Assembly (NCBI GenBank): GCA_043228905.1
Contig: JBHGNT010000016.1
Span: 13,392,001-13,456,000 of the forward strand
Reading direction: 5' to 3'
Length of the DNA: 64,000 bases
Source of the DNA: Azolla caroliniana
Taxonomy: Eukaryota > Plantae > Polypodiophyta
Shown here piece after piece: positions 20,836 through 33,362 of the stretch. The notes beneath the pieces are model-generated. The model was not told where the DNA came from and made no database searches. It worked only from the letters and a program-made list of their open reading frames with translations. A program made the translations under genes and the position numbers. The first letter of the stretch is position 1. Every line of letters starts with the position of its first letter.

Positions 20836-23800
20836 TCTCGTAGTTTAATTCGCACACTATGTGAAAAATTACATTTTGGGTTTCTTCGGATAGGATATGG
20901 AGTACCCAATGAGAACCGGATGAAGCAGAACCGGCAAGAGCCGGATGAAGAAGGCCGGTGAGAGTCTCTCACCAGATGAAGAGACATATTTGTAAATAGG
21001 AGAAAGTATAAAATTATATATTACATGCATAGGGCAAGATTCGAACCTTGCACCTCCATGTTAATAATGTTAAGCCTTATCATTATACTAGCGTATTATG
21101 AATTTTAAAGTTATACTAAACTTTATCCCATGTAAAATTTCTAGACATGCATGGTACAAAAAGTTATTCATGCATAGACAATCGAGTTAGAAGAAAAGAT
21201 GAGATAGAAAGCTAATCATGCACATGCAGTGTGCATGAAAACTAAAGATAGGAAAAGCATGATGCTTGCATGTGATAAACTTAGACTCTTCCAACACTAT
21301 ATAAGGAAGAGAGAAAGATGTATGGAGGTTGTTGATTATTTTACAAGGATTTTTTATCAATCTAATATATTCGTGGGATTCACGATTTTTTTCCATATAT
21401 TTCTCTCTTACATTCTTAGTATCAATTAATACACTATACTCGTGGGATTCACGATTTTCATATCTTCTTTCAAATATATTCTCTTTCTTGCAATCGATAC
21501 ATAAGGAGCCTTATCTCATATTTTTCTTTCTCCTAGTCCAAAACCTCAACGGTTCCCACCCGACTCACGCAATGATCTGGAGCTGAAAGGCACAACACAA
21601 GTGGTGAACCCGACGTGAACACGGGTGGCAAGGAGATGGAAAATCAACCGGAGGCTAACAACATGATGATGATGTTCGAGCGGATGCTTCAGGAACAACG
21701 TGTGATGTCGGATATAGCGGCGGCAGTAGAGCGGCTCGTGCAACGGATTGGGCAATTCAACGGAAAGGACATATCACGCTATCTTCGGGACTACAAGGCG
21801 GAAATGCTACAGTGCGGGATTTCCGAAGGACTGCAAGTGGCATCCTTCAACCGGGTGGCTACTGACGGGCTTCAAGCAAGTATCCATGAGCTACGACAAC
21901 AAAATCTGACGTGGGAAGCGTCGATTCCGAAACCGAGATTCGGATCGAAAGATTATCAACCACGGGCTCGGGAAGCTACGATTGAGAAGGGAATCGACGC
22001 AACTCCCACAAGTTCCAAGTATATGGACCGTCGACGCATATGGTGCGATAGCACCAAACATAATCGGAGGGATTGCGACGAGCACAAGGAAGTGCTATGA
22101 CAGGATCTTATCTACTACGAGGGAAATCAGATTCATTCGATGGACTCTCGGAAGCCGCTCCGACCGAACTTTCGAAAAGGCGGCCTAAAGAAGGTCCTAG
22201 AGGAGGAAATAACGGCGAAGAACAATTACGCGACAACCGCGGGAATACGTGTCGAGGAGTCATCGGGAGCTAAGGTGTCTTTTTGGCCAGAAGTGCTAGA
22301 AAACACCAAGAAAACCGACTCTAATGAGATTTGAAGCACCGCGGAAGGCATCCGGGAAGCTACGGGATGGGAGTGCCCCGTCGATAAGAATAGCGTGTTT
22401 GCTTTATGCCAATTGCATGAAGAGTATGTAGATGAGAAGCGACGGTGCACAGATGAGGCGGCCGGTCCATTGAAGACACCGGGAAGTTGGAACTCCGGAG
22501 GTAAGGGAAAAGAAAAGATGATTCCGGCATTCAAGCTCAGCTCGGACATCGAACAACAAACGAACTTGAAAAAGGTGTTCGAGGAGCGAATCCTCGATAG
22601 CCGGGTAGATTTTTGGCTTCGAGAATTACTCGGAATAGTGAAGGAGTTCCACGATCTTCTTGTGGATCTCATGAAGAGAAAAAGGCAAAGTACGGAGGAG
22701 AACACTCCAAGGGTGAATGCAAATACCATTCTAATGAATAACACCGAATTGGAGGACGAAATACCGAATTCTCACTACACAAAGCCACACTGGGCACGCG
22801 CAACTACAGAGACTCCGATCCGAATTGGTAACATCAAAGAACCCGTGCTAGCATTGATTGATCACGGATCGGAGATCAACTTGATGTCCAAGGAATTCTA
22901 CCGGAAGGGCAAGTGGCCTATTAACACGAATCATGGGTGGAAGATCTGGGCGGCCACTAAAGCAACGGAAGATCTATTTGCGGCTTGTCCGGATGTGACC
23001 GTGAAGATCAGGGATGTCGAGATCGACCAAAATTTCTTCATACAAGACGAGGTCTCACACTCCATGATCCTCGGGCAACATTTTATCACACCATCACAGA
23101 TGGAGACGACGGTGCTTGATAGTGGTGCGGCTTTTGTGCGAATTCGGAGCCAAAACGGAGGGAAATCCGTCCAATTCCTAATGGTGCCGGCAAATCATGA
23201 AAGGAACAAGAGAGAGTTGTTGTCCCAAACAAGAATGGATTTTTAGAGAGGATTGTTGCGGAGTGGGGAAGTGATAGTCCGAGAAGCCCTAATACCCCAC
23301 ACAGGAAGAAACCTCTTGGTGCAAAACAAGTACGAATCGGTCCGGATGGGGCATCCACGTACATGGCCGTAACCGGAGGAATGAAGAAAGAATATCGAAA
23401 AGTGGAGGATAAGTTACGGTCAGCATCAATAATAAAAGAAGACGAAGAAATCGTGGGAATAGTCAAAGAGGTGTTCTATGGGAGCACACTACAATGGCTT
23501 GAAGAGCTCGTGGAAGATACAAGCCAGGAAAACCGGGTAATTCCGGTGGAGTCGGTCGAGATATACGAGATCATTGTGAAAATGGGGCCGGATGCGCTCC
23601 GCAAAGAAGAAGCAATGGTAAGTATGAAATACAAGACCGTGGAGAAGAAAGTGAAACCGGCCGCGGGACCGTTACCCGCAGATAGCGAACAAAAGAGGAA
23701 AGAAGTTTCGGGGGATCCGACACTTAGGAAGTCCATGGATATTGGACATGCCTTCATGGATGAGACCGGGAAGAAACTTCAGATCGGTGGAGGTGGGTTC

Positions 23801-26800
23801 CTATTAAAGAATGAAGAAGAACGATTCCGTGGGATGCTAGAGCGACATGGGAGAGCATTTGCATTTACATCGAAAGAAATAGGATGCGTTGACCCGAAGA
23901 TAGTGGAGCCGATGGTGATCTTCACGATTGACCATGTGCCTTGGAACCTGAAGCCGATTCCGGTGCCACGGGCGCATATTCCGAAAATCATCGACTTGCT
24001 CAAGGAGAAGGTGGCGATGGGGATTCTAGAGCCATCAAATGCTCCGTACTCAAATCGATGGTTTACGGTTCCGAAGAAGAATGGGTCACTCCAATTTATT
24101 CAAGATTTGCAACCGGTGAACAAGGTCACGATCCGGAACTCCGAAGTCGGTTCGATAGTGGACAAATTTGCGGAAGCATTTGCCGGTCGCGCGATATACT
24201 CCATCAGAGACCTATACTCCGGATATGACTAGTTCCAACTAGTTGTGAAGAGCCGAGACATCACTACCATGCGGACACCGATAGGATTAGCCCGGATGTG
24301 TACGCTACCACAAGGCGTGACGAACTCAGTCGCACATATGATGAATGCGATGAACAAGGTGCTCCGGGATTGCATACCGGAGATAACGATGCCGTTCCTA
24401 GATGACATTCCGATGAAAGGGTGTGCGGTGGAAGAAAAAGATGAAGCTATGGATGAATGGGGATGTCGAAGGTTTGTAGTCAACCATATCCGTGATTGTG
24501 AGAAAGTGTTATGGAAGTTAGAAGATGTGCATCTAACACTTTTCGGAGAGAAATCGGCATTCGGACAAGAAGAAATATTGGTAGTCGGACATCTATGTGG
24601 GCCCTACGGCCGAAGACCGTCACCAACCAAGATCGATGCGATTCAAGCTATGAAAGAAGTATGCGAGTCACAATCCGAAGTTTGAAGGTTTCTTGGAGCA
24701 TGTGCATTCTACCACATATGGATTCCGCACTATGCACATATAGTGGACCCACTCTATCACTTGTTGCGGAAGGGTAAGAAGTTTGAATGGAAACCGGAGC
24801 ATACCAAAGCCGTGAAGAAGCTCAAGAAATAACTACGGAGGGTAGAAGCCCTAAAGAAGCCAAACTATGACCAACCGATCATAGTAACGGTTGACACAAG
24901 TCCAACCGGAATCGGATGGGTCATTAATCAAGCCGATCCGGAAGGTTCGCGAAATCCGATCCGATTTGGAGTGCAAAGGTTCTGAACGAAAGGCAACGCG
25001 AATATGCACAAGTTAAAAGAGAATTATGGGGAGTCATGTCGGCAATCAAATCGGATCGAGATTATTTGATCGGAGCCAAAGTAGTGATCGAAACGGATTG
25101 TTTTCCGATACTCGGGATGATGCGGTGTTGCACGATACCGGATGTGGCTATGCGAAGATGGATTGCATATGTTAAGTCACTTAATCCGGAGGTAAGACAT
25201 ATCTCCGGAAAAGAAAATGTTGTGGCGGATATGCTATCAAGGGCGTGGTTCGGAGATGACATAACCAAATCTGATAATGTAGAAGTTTCCGAAGACTACT
25301 TTGCTTCGGAGCACATATGCCGGGTGGACGTAATCCAAGAATTCTGGGAAGAAGAATACGAGGGAGAAAGCATGTTGATCGAGAAAATGCTACGAGAAAT
25401 CGAGGAATCATCGGACAATAAAGAGAAGAGAGCTGAGATCCGAAGTAAGAAACGGCAAGTCCGAAAGTTCTTCTTGAAAAATGGATTTTTATGGAGGGAT
25501 CCGAAAAGACCGGGTGGCATACCACTTCGAGTAGTCGGGACAAAAGAGCAATGAAACCAGGTAATGTCCAAATTTCACGAATCTGATTGGGCTGGACATC
25601 AGGGAACATGGGCAACATTTGGGAAGATCAAGCAAAGATATTGGTGGAAAAATATATCCAAAGATGTCATGGAGTTCACGGAAAGCTGCGAGAAGTGTCA
25701 AATCTACTCCGGAGTTCGACACCGAGATGAGTTACATTCGACATTCTCACCGACAATCAACTTCAAATGGATGGTCGACATTGTAGCCATGCCAACCGGG
25801 ATCGGACAAAAGAAGTACTTGGTGTTAGCTTGGGAAGATCTCATAAACCAAGTAGAAGGTCGAGTGCTACGGAGGAAAACGTGTTCTACGGTATGCCAAT
25901 TCCTTTTGGGAGAAGTGTTTTGCAGGTACGGGTGCGTAGGACAAGTGATTGCGGATCGGGGAGAACTCGACTCTGATAAAGCTAAAGAATTCTTTACTAA
26001 ACATGGAGTTCGGTTAACACTGACAACGGCATACAATCCGGAAGCCAACGGGAAGATCGAACGAGGACATAGTCCAATTGTCAAAGTACTTGCGAAGGCA
26101 TGTGATGGAAGGCTGATGGATTGGCCGCAGATGCTCCCGTATGCACTATGGGCGGATCATACGACACATAGCTCTGTAACCGGTTACATGCCGGCAGAAC
26201 TTATGACCGGACAAGCACCGGTAATGCCGACGGAAACCGCAATCGCGACATGGACAATGCTACCATGGAAGGAAGAGATGAGCCGGGAAGAACTACTAGC
26301 GGTCCGGATACAACAACTGGAGGGAAGACCGAAAGATGTAGCGGAAGCGTCACGCTGACAACAAGAAGCGCGACTCCGGAACAAAAGCCGATTCGACACC
26401 AAGCACCGAGTACGACCACGGAAGATTGAAGAAGGAGATTGGGTGATTGTCTATGAAAGTAGTTTGGATCATCAACATACAACGGTACGGAAATTCGCAA
26501 AAAGGTGGTTCAGCCCATATGAGGTTCGGAAAGTTTTCGACAACGAAACTTACCGACTATGCGAGTTGGATGGAACGATGCGACGAGTGCCTATAGCCGG
26601 GAAACGGGTGAAGATTTTCAAGAAGCGGACTGAAGAAGAACCCTATGTGATCCTAGACAAGACCAACAAGAAGGAGCAATCGGACGAAGATCGCGGTGAT
26701 GTGGAAAGCGAGGAAAGTGGATTACAACTCATAGTCGACTTAAGGGGAGAATTGGTTGAAGCTTCGGATGAAGGTGAATAGCAAGCATCGGGGACTTTGG

Positions 26801-27624
26801 CACATACCGGAGGATATGCGGGTTCGGAGGGGGCGAGTGTCGTAGTGTAATTCGCACACTACGTGAAAAATTACATTTTGGGTTTCTTCGGATAGGATAT
26901 GGAGTACCCAATGAGAACCGGATGAAGCAGAACCGGCAAGAGCCGGATGAAGCAGAACCGGCAAGAGCCGGATGAAGAAGGCCGGTGAGAGTCTCTCACC
27001 AGATGAAGTGACATATTTGTAAATAGGAGAAAGTATAAAATTATATATTACATGCATAGGGCAAGATTCGAACCTTGCACCTCCATGTTAATAATGTTAA
27101 GCCTTATCATTATACTAGCGTATTATGAATTTTAAAGTTATACTAAACTTTATCCCATGTAAAATTTCTAGACATGCATGGTACAAAAAGTTATTCATGC
27201 ATAGACAATCGAGTTAGAAGAAAAGATGAGATAGAAAGCTAATCATGCACATGCAGTGTGCATGAAAACTAAAGATAGGAAAAGCATGATGCTTGCATGT
27301 GATAAACTTAGACTCTTCCAGCACTATATAAGGAAGACAGAAAGATGTATAGAGGTTGTTGATTATTTTACAAGGATTTTTTATCAATCTAATATATTCG
27401 TGGGATTCACAATTTTTTTTCCATCTATTTCTCTCTTACATTCTTAGTATCAATTAATACACTATACTCGTGGGATTCACGATTTTCATATCTTCTTTTA
27501 AATATTTCTCTTTCTTGCAATCGATTCATAAGGAGCCTTATGTCATATTTTTCTTTCTTCTAGTCCAAAACCTCAGCGGTTCCCACCCGACTCACGCAAC
27601 GATCCGGAGCCGAAAGGCACGACA
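20836..27624 (+). mobile_element. Non-chromoviral Ty3/gypsy, tRNA-Trp primed; LTRs about 20836-21597 and 26838-27624
   Basis: Similar ~770 bp LTRs, PBS tggtgaacccgacgtga and PPT ggagggggcgag. Coding region has gag, protease LIDHGSEIN, RT QDLQPVN/PFLDD, RNase H and integrase WMVDIV/NGKIERGH, with several stops. Confidence 0.95.
21602..21618 (+). promoter_or_regulatory. Primer-binding site complementary to the tRNA-Trp 3' end
   Basis: TGGTGAACCCGACGTGA is the reverse complement of ...TCACGTCGGGTTCACCA, the plant cytosolic tRNA-Trp 3' end (recalled, not searched). A near-identical PBS lies at 59979-59995 (minus). Confidence 0.85.
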
Positions 27625-27899
27625 CAAGTGTTCAGGCGGAACCGTTGGGGTTCTGAACCAGGAGAGTGAAAATAAGAGAACACAAGGGTTTTGAACTAGG
27701 AGATTGAAAATAAGAGAAAGAAAGGAAAGAGTAGGAAGTTGAGCCGAAAGTATCCCAATAGCTGAGTGTAGCTTGCAGCCCTACCCGTGAAGACGAAAAT
27801 CCTTGTATCGTTTCCCTGATATACCCAAATTAAGCATGCAGACATAGGTTGAAAAGCTCTGAGAACGAGCTTTCCAATAAGCTATAGAATTCAGAGTTA

Positions 27900-30800
27900 T
27901 GAACAAAACACTTCTTCGAGAAGGAAAAGAAACCCTTTACAAAAGAAACTTGACTCTAGAATGTAAATCAATTCCAATGGGTCGAATCAAGTGGATTCCA
28001 AGGAGTGTTGGGTCATCGAACCAAATCGAGATGTGTGGTTGTAGTTGAGGCAAGTGTGGAATTGCGGTGGTACCCATCGATCGCATCCCTTTACGACATG
28101 CACCCTCTCCTAATCTGTATATCCTCCAGTATGTGCCAAGTGGAGAAAATTCAACCAAATTCCTCATTGCCTTCACTTGAATATCTGATGCACACCAATC
28201 ATCTTCATTCAATTCCAGAATCGACACAACAGTCATCTTCACCCCCTTTGATTGAAAAGCTAGCTCCTCATTTACATTCTCTTCTAGACCAGTATCTTGT
28301 GATGAAACTGTCGTCACCACTTATAATTGGATACTTGTAACTACCACTTCACGGACCATCTCTTCTTCAACATCTTCTTCCCAATTCAAATTAGCTTCCA
28401 CTGATTCTTCATCCTGCAAAATGTCTGGAACAAGAGAGGCTCTTTGTTTAAAGAGTTTAATCCTTTTACCACCAACCGGAATTCGAAGAAGAGTTCCATA
28501 AAATTTTGATAAAATATATGTTCCATTTCGTCGCACTTCTACCATTTGATATGATCCAAACCATCAATGAGAGAATTTTCGAATAGATTTGTGTTGATGT
28601 TTGAGACTACTATCAAACACCAAAAACCAATCTTCTTTTTTAATGGGAATATTCCAAAATTGATGTCTCTTGACAGATTGATCCTTATTCTTCAATCTAA
28701 CTTCTTGTTGTTTCCTAACGGCTTCAACTATATCCTCTAGCCTATTTTCTAATTGAAGAATTTGAATAGCCAACAAATCTGCGCATTCCATCTGATCTTC
28801 CCAAGGTAAAACTCCCCAAGTGGGAACATCCACTCCGTAGGCATAATAAGCTTCTGACCAAAAAGTAGTTCTAATGGCATAAATCCTGTAATAGAGTTGT
28901 GAGTGCATCTATCCGCCCAAAGAGCATAAGGTAGTATGTTAGGCCACACAAAAATTCAACCATCACATGCTTTGACCAAAGCTTTCACAATTGGACCATG
29001 TCCCCTTTCCACTTCAATCTAACTTCTTGTTGTTTCCTAACGGCTTCAACTATATCCTCTAGCCTATTTTCTAATTGAAGAATTTGAATAGCCAACAAAT
29101 CTGCCCGTTCCATCTGATCTTCCCAAGGTAAAACTCCCCAAGTGGGAACATCCGCTCCGTAGGTAGAATAAGCTTCTGACCAAAAAGTAGTTCTGATGGC
29201 ATAAATCCTGTAATAGAGTTGTGAGTGCATCTATTCGCCCAAAGAGCATAAGGTAGTATGTTAGGCCACACAAAAATTCAACCATCACATGCTTTGACCA
29301 AAGCTTTCACAATTGGACCATGTCCCCTTTCCACTTTACCATTTCCCTCCGGATTATATGCAGTAGTCAGAATCAATTGGAACTCGAATGTTTGGAAGAA
29401 CATTTGAGCCTCATCCGAATCAAGCTCCCCTTGATCTGTTATAATTTGCCCAACCTTAGCATATCTACAAATTACATTCTCTAATAAAAACTTTAGAACG
29501 GCCGATGCAGACTTATTTCGGAGAGATCTTCCGTCCACTTGGTTGGACAAATCCTCTCGATCAAGAACCAAGTATTTCATTTGATTTCGACCAGTGGGCA
29601 TATGAACTATATCCACCATCCACTTATAATGTAATATAGGTGAGTATGTAGGTTGTAGCCCATCTCTCACCCTGGAATCAAAATACATTTGTCATTCAAT
29701 GCATGATTCCACATATCTTTGAATATCCACATATATTCTTTCCACCAATACCGATCCTTAATCTTCAAAAATGTGTTTACCACTCCTTTATGTCCATCCC
29801 AATGACTATTATGAAAATCTAAAACAATCTTATCTTTCTAAACCTGTACATCGATAGCTCGAGTTGGAGGATCCTTAACTTTCTTTGCAAGTCTCCAAAG
29901 ATATCCATCCCTCAAGTAAAACCTATAAGCCTTCTCCCTAAATAGCTGAAAATCCTTTGGCGTCCAATCAGAGCTTCTTTCTTGTGCTTGTAGGAATTTC
30001 CCGATTTGCAATAACTCCCCTTCATATTCCTCCTCTCTAAATTCAAGCACCTATACACCAATCTCATTACAAAAGAATCTATTATCAAAGTCATCCTCTT
30101 CCTCTAGAGAGGATGGCTCTAGAATAGTTCATGCTCGGAAAAGCATATCAGCCATAGCATTGTTTTTCCTTGTAATGTGTTGGATCTCTGGGTTAAATGT
30201 TTTAATATAGGCAATCCATCTCAACATGGATATATTTGTAGAAGAGCATCCTAAAATCATTCCAAGGATTGGCAGACAAACTGTCTCTATAACCACTTAT
30301 GATCCAATCAAATAATCCTTGTCTGCTTTAATCGTAGAAATTATACCCCACGACTCTCTCTTTATTTGAGCATACCTTCTTTGTTGATCATGTAAAATTT
30401 TTGCTCCAAACTGAATAGCATATTGATCTCCATTTTCATCCTCCTAATTAAAAACCCATCCAAATCTATTCGGACTTGCATCTACAGCCACAAAAATAGG
30501 TTCTTCATGGCGAGAGTATGCTCCTCCTCCCATATAAACCTTTTTCCTTTCCGTAAGAGCTTATATAAAGGATCAGAAATATGTGCAAAATGTGGAATCC
30601 AAATGTGGTAAAAAACACATGCACCTAAAAATCTTCTTGCTTCCATTGTTGACTTGTAGATATCCTCCATTGCATTGATCCTATCCAGCTTGGCTAGATC
30701 AGGTTTCCAACCATAGGGGCCACACAAGTGTCCCGCAATCCGAACTTCAGATATTCCAAAACTTGATTTGTCTCCAGAAATTGTCAAATGCACCTCTAAA

Positions 30801-33060
30801 TTCTTCAATATGGTCTTCACAATCTGCTTATGGTTTGAGACAAATTTCTGGCATCCATCCCACCCAACTTCTTCATCCTTCTCCTCTTCTAGACATCCTT
30901 TATTCGAAATGTCATCCAAGAAAGGCATTGTTGGATGAGGAATATGATCCTTGAGCACCTTATTCATTGCGTTCATCATATGAATGACGGAATTAGTTGC
31001 GCCTTATGGTAAAGTACACATTTGAACCAACCCAATAAGTGAACCCATTGTAGTAATATCCCTACTATCCATAGCAAGGTCAAATTGATCATATTTAAAA
31101 TACAAATCAACCATGGAGTAGATAGTTGTACCTGCAAAAGATTTTGCAAGGGAATCCACGATTGGACCAACTCCTGAATTCTGAATTGTTACTATGTTAA
31201 CTGGTTGGAGATCTTGAATAAACCTAAGAGATTCATTCTTCTTTAGCACTGTAAACTACCAATTAGAATACGGAGCAATAGAAGGCTCTAAAATACCCAT
31301 TTGAACCTTCTCTTTCAGCAACTCAATTCGCGTCATAATATGAGCTCTCAGACCAAGAATTGGTTTCAAGTTCCAAGGCATATGCGGGATAGTAAAAATA
31401 ATCATTGGTTGCACCAGTTGTGGGTCTACACAACCTATCTCTAAAAGTGAAAAAGCGAAGACTTTACCATGTCGAGATAACATCTTCCGAAATTGTTTTT
31501 CTTTAGCTCGATTGAGGAAGTCACCCCCTCCTATTTGAAGTTTCCCTTGTGAAGACTCTGAAAACACATGACCAATCTTCCTCGGATCCCATAACATTGG
31601 TTCTTGCTTCACTCTTTTGAGCTGATCTATGATATCAGCTAGTAATGGTTCCGGTATAGGTTGAACTTTCCAATCCACTATCTTATAGTTTTTTATGGAC
31701 GCGAGCAACCATATCCATCCAATTCCGAAATGTTGCAATTTCAACATACATATCTAGTGAATTGGCCGAAATAAAAAATGTCTGACCTTCATATGAATAT
31801 AAAGAATTTTCCAACTCCACAATGGTATCCACAAAGGAAAGTTCCTCCATAACTCCTAACATCTAATCATCCGGTTCCAAAATCTAATATTTAAGAAACA
31901 TCACCCAAATGTCGTCCACATTTCCCTGGCTTTTACGATTTAAATCATCAATAGAAGAAATTGAGATTGCTCCGGTATAAGAAACATAATCTTTATTATT
32001 GCCAGAATAATTATTCTCATATAGGGACTTTTGTTGTCCTGGACTATTATAGCCCTATTTACAATAGTCCTATCAACAAATCCTAATAAGAGGATACATC
32101 TATACTATCCTTATTTCTTTCATGACTACGTCAAATTGTCTGAAACTGTATTGTCCTTCCACCGTCCATATCTTTGATCCGAGCATAGGTTGTTCCATCA
32201 TCCAACATCTTTGTCTTCATGCAAACAACAACCATGAAGGGTTGACCCAATATAACTAGATATGTGGCTGAATCCTGAATAAATAATCAGTAACACCACC
32301 AATTGATACCTCCACCACATCTTGGCAAGCTCCCGATAACTTCTCTGATGATTGTGTTATTGCTCGAATCCTCCAATGATGATCAGAAGTCATTGGTCAC
32401 CCTCCTTTCTTGTAAACCTCCAAGGACATGAGGTTTATCTCCGAGCCACTATCAATCAAAGCCATGACTACATCTAATAAACCACCAAGTCATACTTTCG
32501 TTTCTGTAGTTGTTCGAGCCTAGTGATTCTGAGTAAAGTGGCTCCTCGAAATATTATCTTCATGCTTCAACACTTGTGTAGATCCTCCTTTCCATCCTGT
32601 CTCCTTTGTAGACATTGCTATATCAATTGGAATTCTCTTCCTTCACACCTCCTCTAGTAAATCATCTTGTACTTCCTTTTTGGAGACCGCCAACAAGTCT
32701 CCCAATGGAACCGAGATATGTTACTTTAGAACATAATGTTCAATGAAAGAGAAAGCATCTACCTCTTGTTCCAATTCAACACGCATCCAAAATGCTCGAA
32801 ATGACTTCCTCGACGCTTGTACAAGTTTTGATTCAGTCCTTTGTATGTCCAAATTTTGCTTTTCAAATGGAGATAGAAAATCAACCCTCTTCAGAACTTG
32901 TGCATGATCCAGCTCTTCCTCTCTTCTCCTTTTCTCCTCTATCATCACATCATAATTTGTGGGAATAGTTGGATCACTCTAGCCAGTGCTTTGACAACCA
33001 TCTTCAATACGAATAGTTTGAATAGTTGGAGCTTGCTTTGTCATTTCAATTAGTCGAACA
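27900..33060 (-). mobile_element. Older, heavily degenerate relative of the Trp-primed gypsy (protease-RT-RH-INT)
   Basis: RFIQDLQPVN, MPFLDD, KWMVDIV, GNGKVERGH, and LIDSGSEIN near 32440. Many stops. Confidence 0.9.
28691..29334. repeat. Tandem duplication of about 322 bp inside the integrase region
   Basis: ttcaatctaacttcttgttg starts at both 28691 and 29013. The ORF MWPNILPYALW appears twice. Confidence 0.9.
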
Positions 33061-33076
33061 ACAACCGAAGTAGAGT

Positions 33077-33362
33077 TGGAAAATAGACCTAGAGGAAATC
33101 AATCACGTCAAGTCTCAATTGATGGAATCATTCGAGATGAAGGATCTAGGAGAACTTCATTACTTCCTCGGGATCGAAGAGATTTGCACCCCCGAAGGCA
33201 TATTGATCAACCAACGACATTATGTGCTGAATATGGTCTTCAAACTTGGCATGGCAGATTGTAAATATTTCTTGACTCCTCTTGACAAGAATGTGAAGCT
33301 TCGTCTCAGGTCGGGGTCAACATGTGACGTGACACGGTTCTGGTTGATTGTCGAGTGCCTTT
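33077..33362 (+). mobile_element. Copia RT fragment (left part of a host element that continues at 45502-46230)
   Basis: FEMKDLGELHYFLGIE; the sequence resumes after the CCTTT duplication at 45502. Confidence 0.85.

Noticed and set aside
26915-26980. Extra 25-bp unit in the 3' LTR relative to the 5' LTR
   Set aside because: Ordinary slippage indel after insertion.
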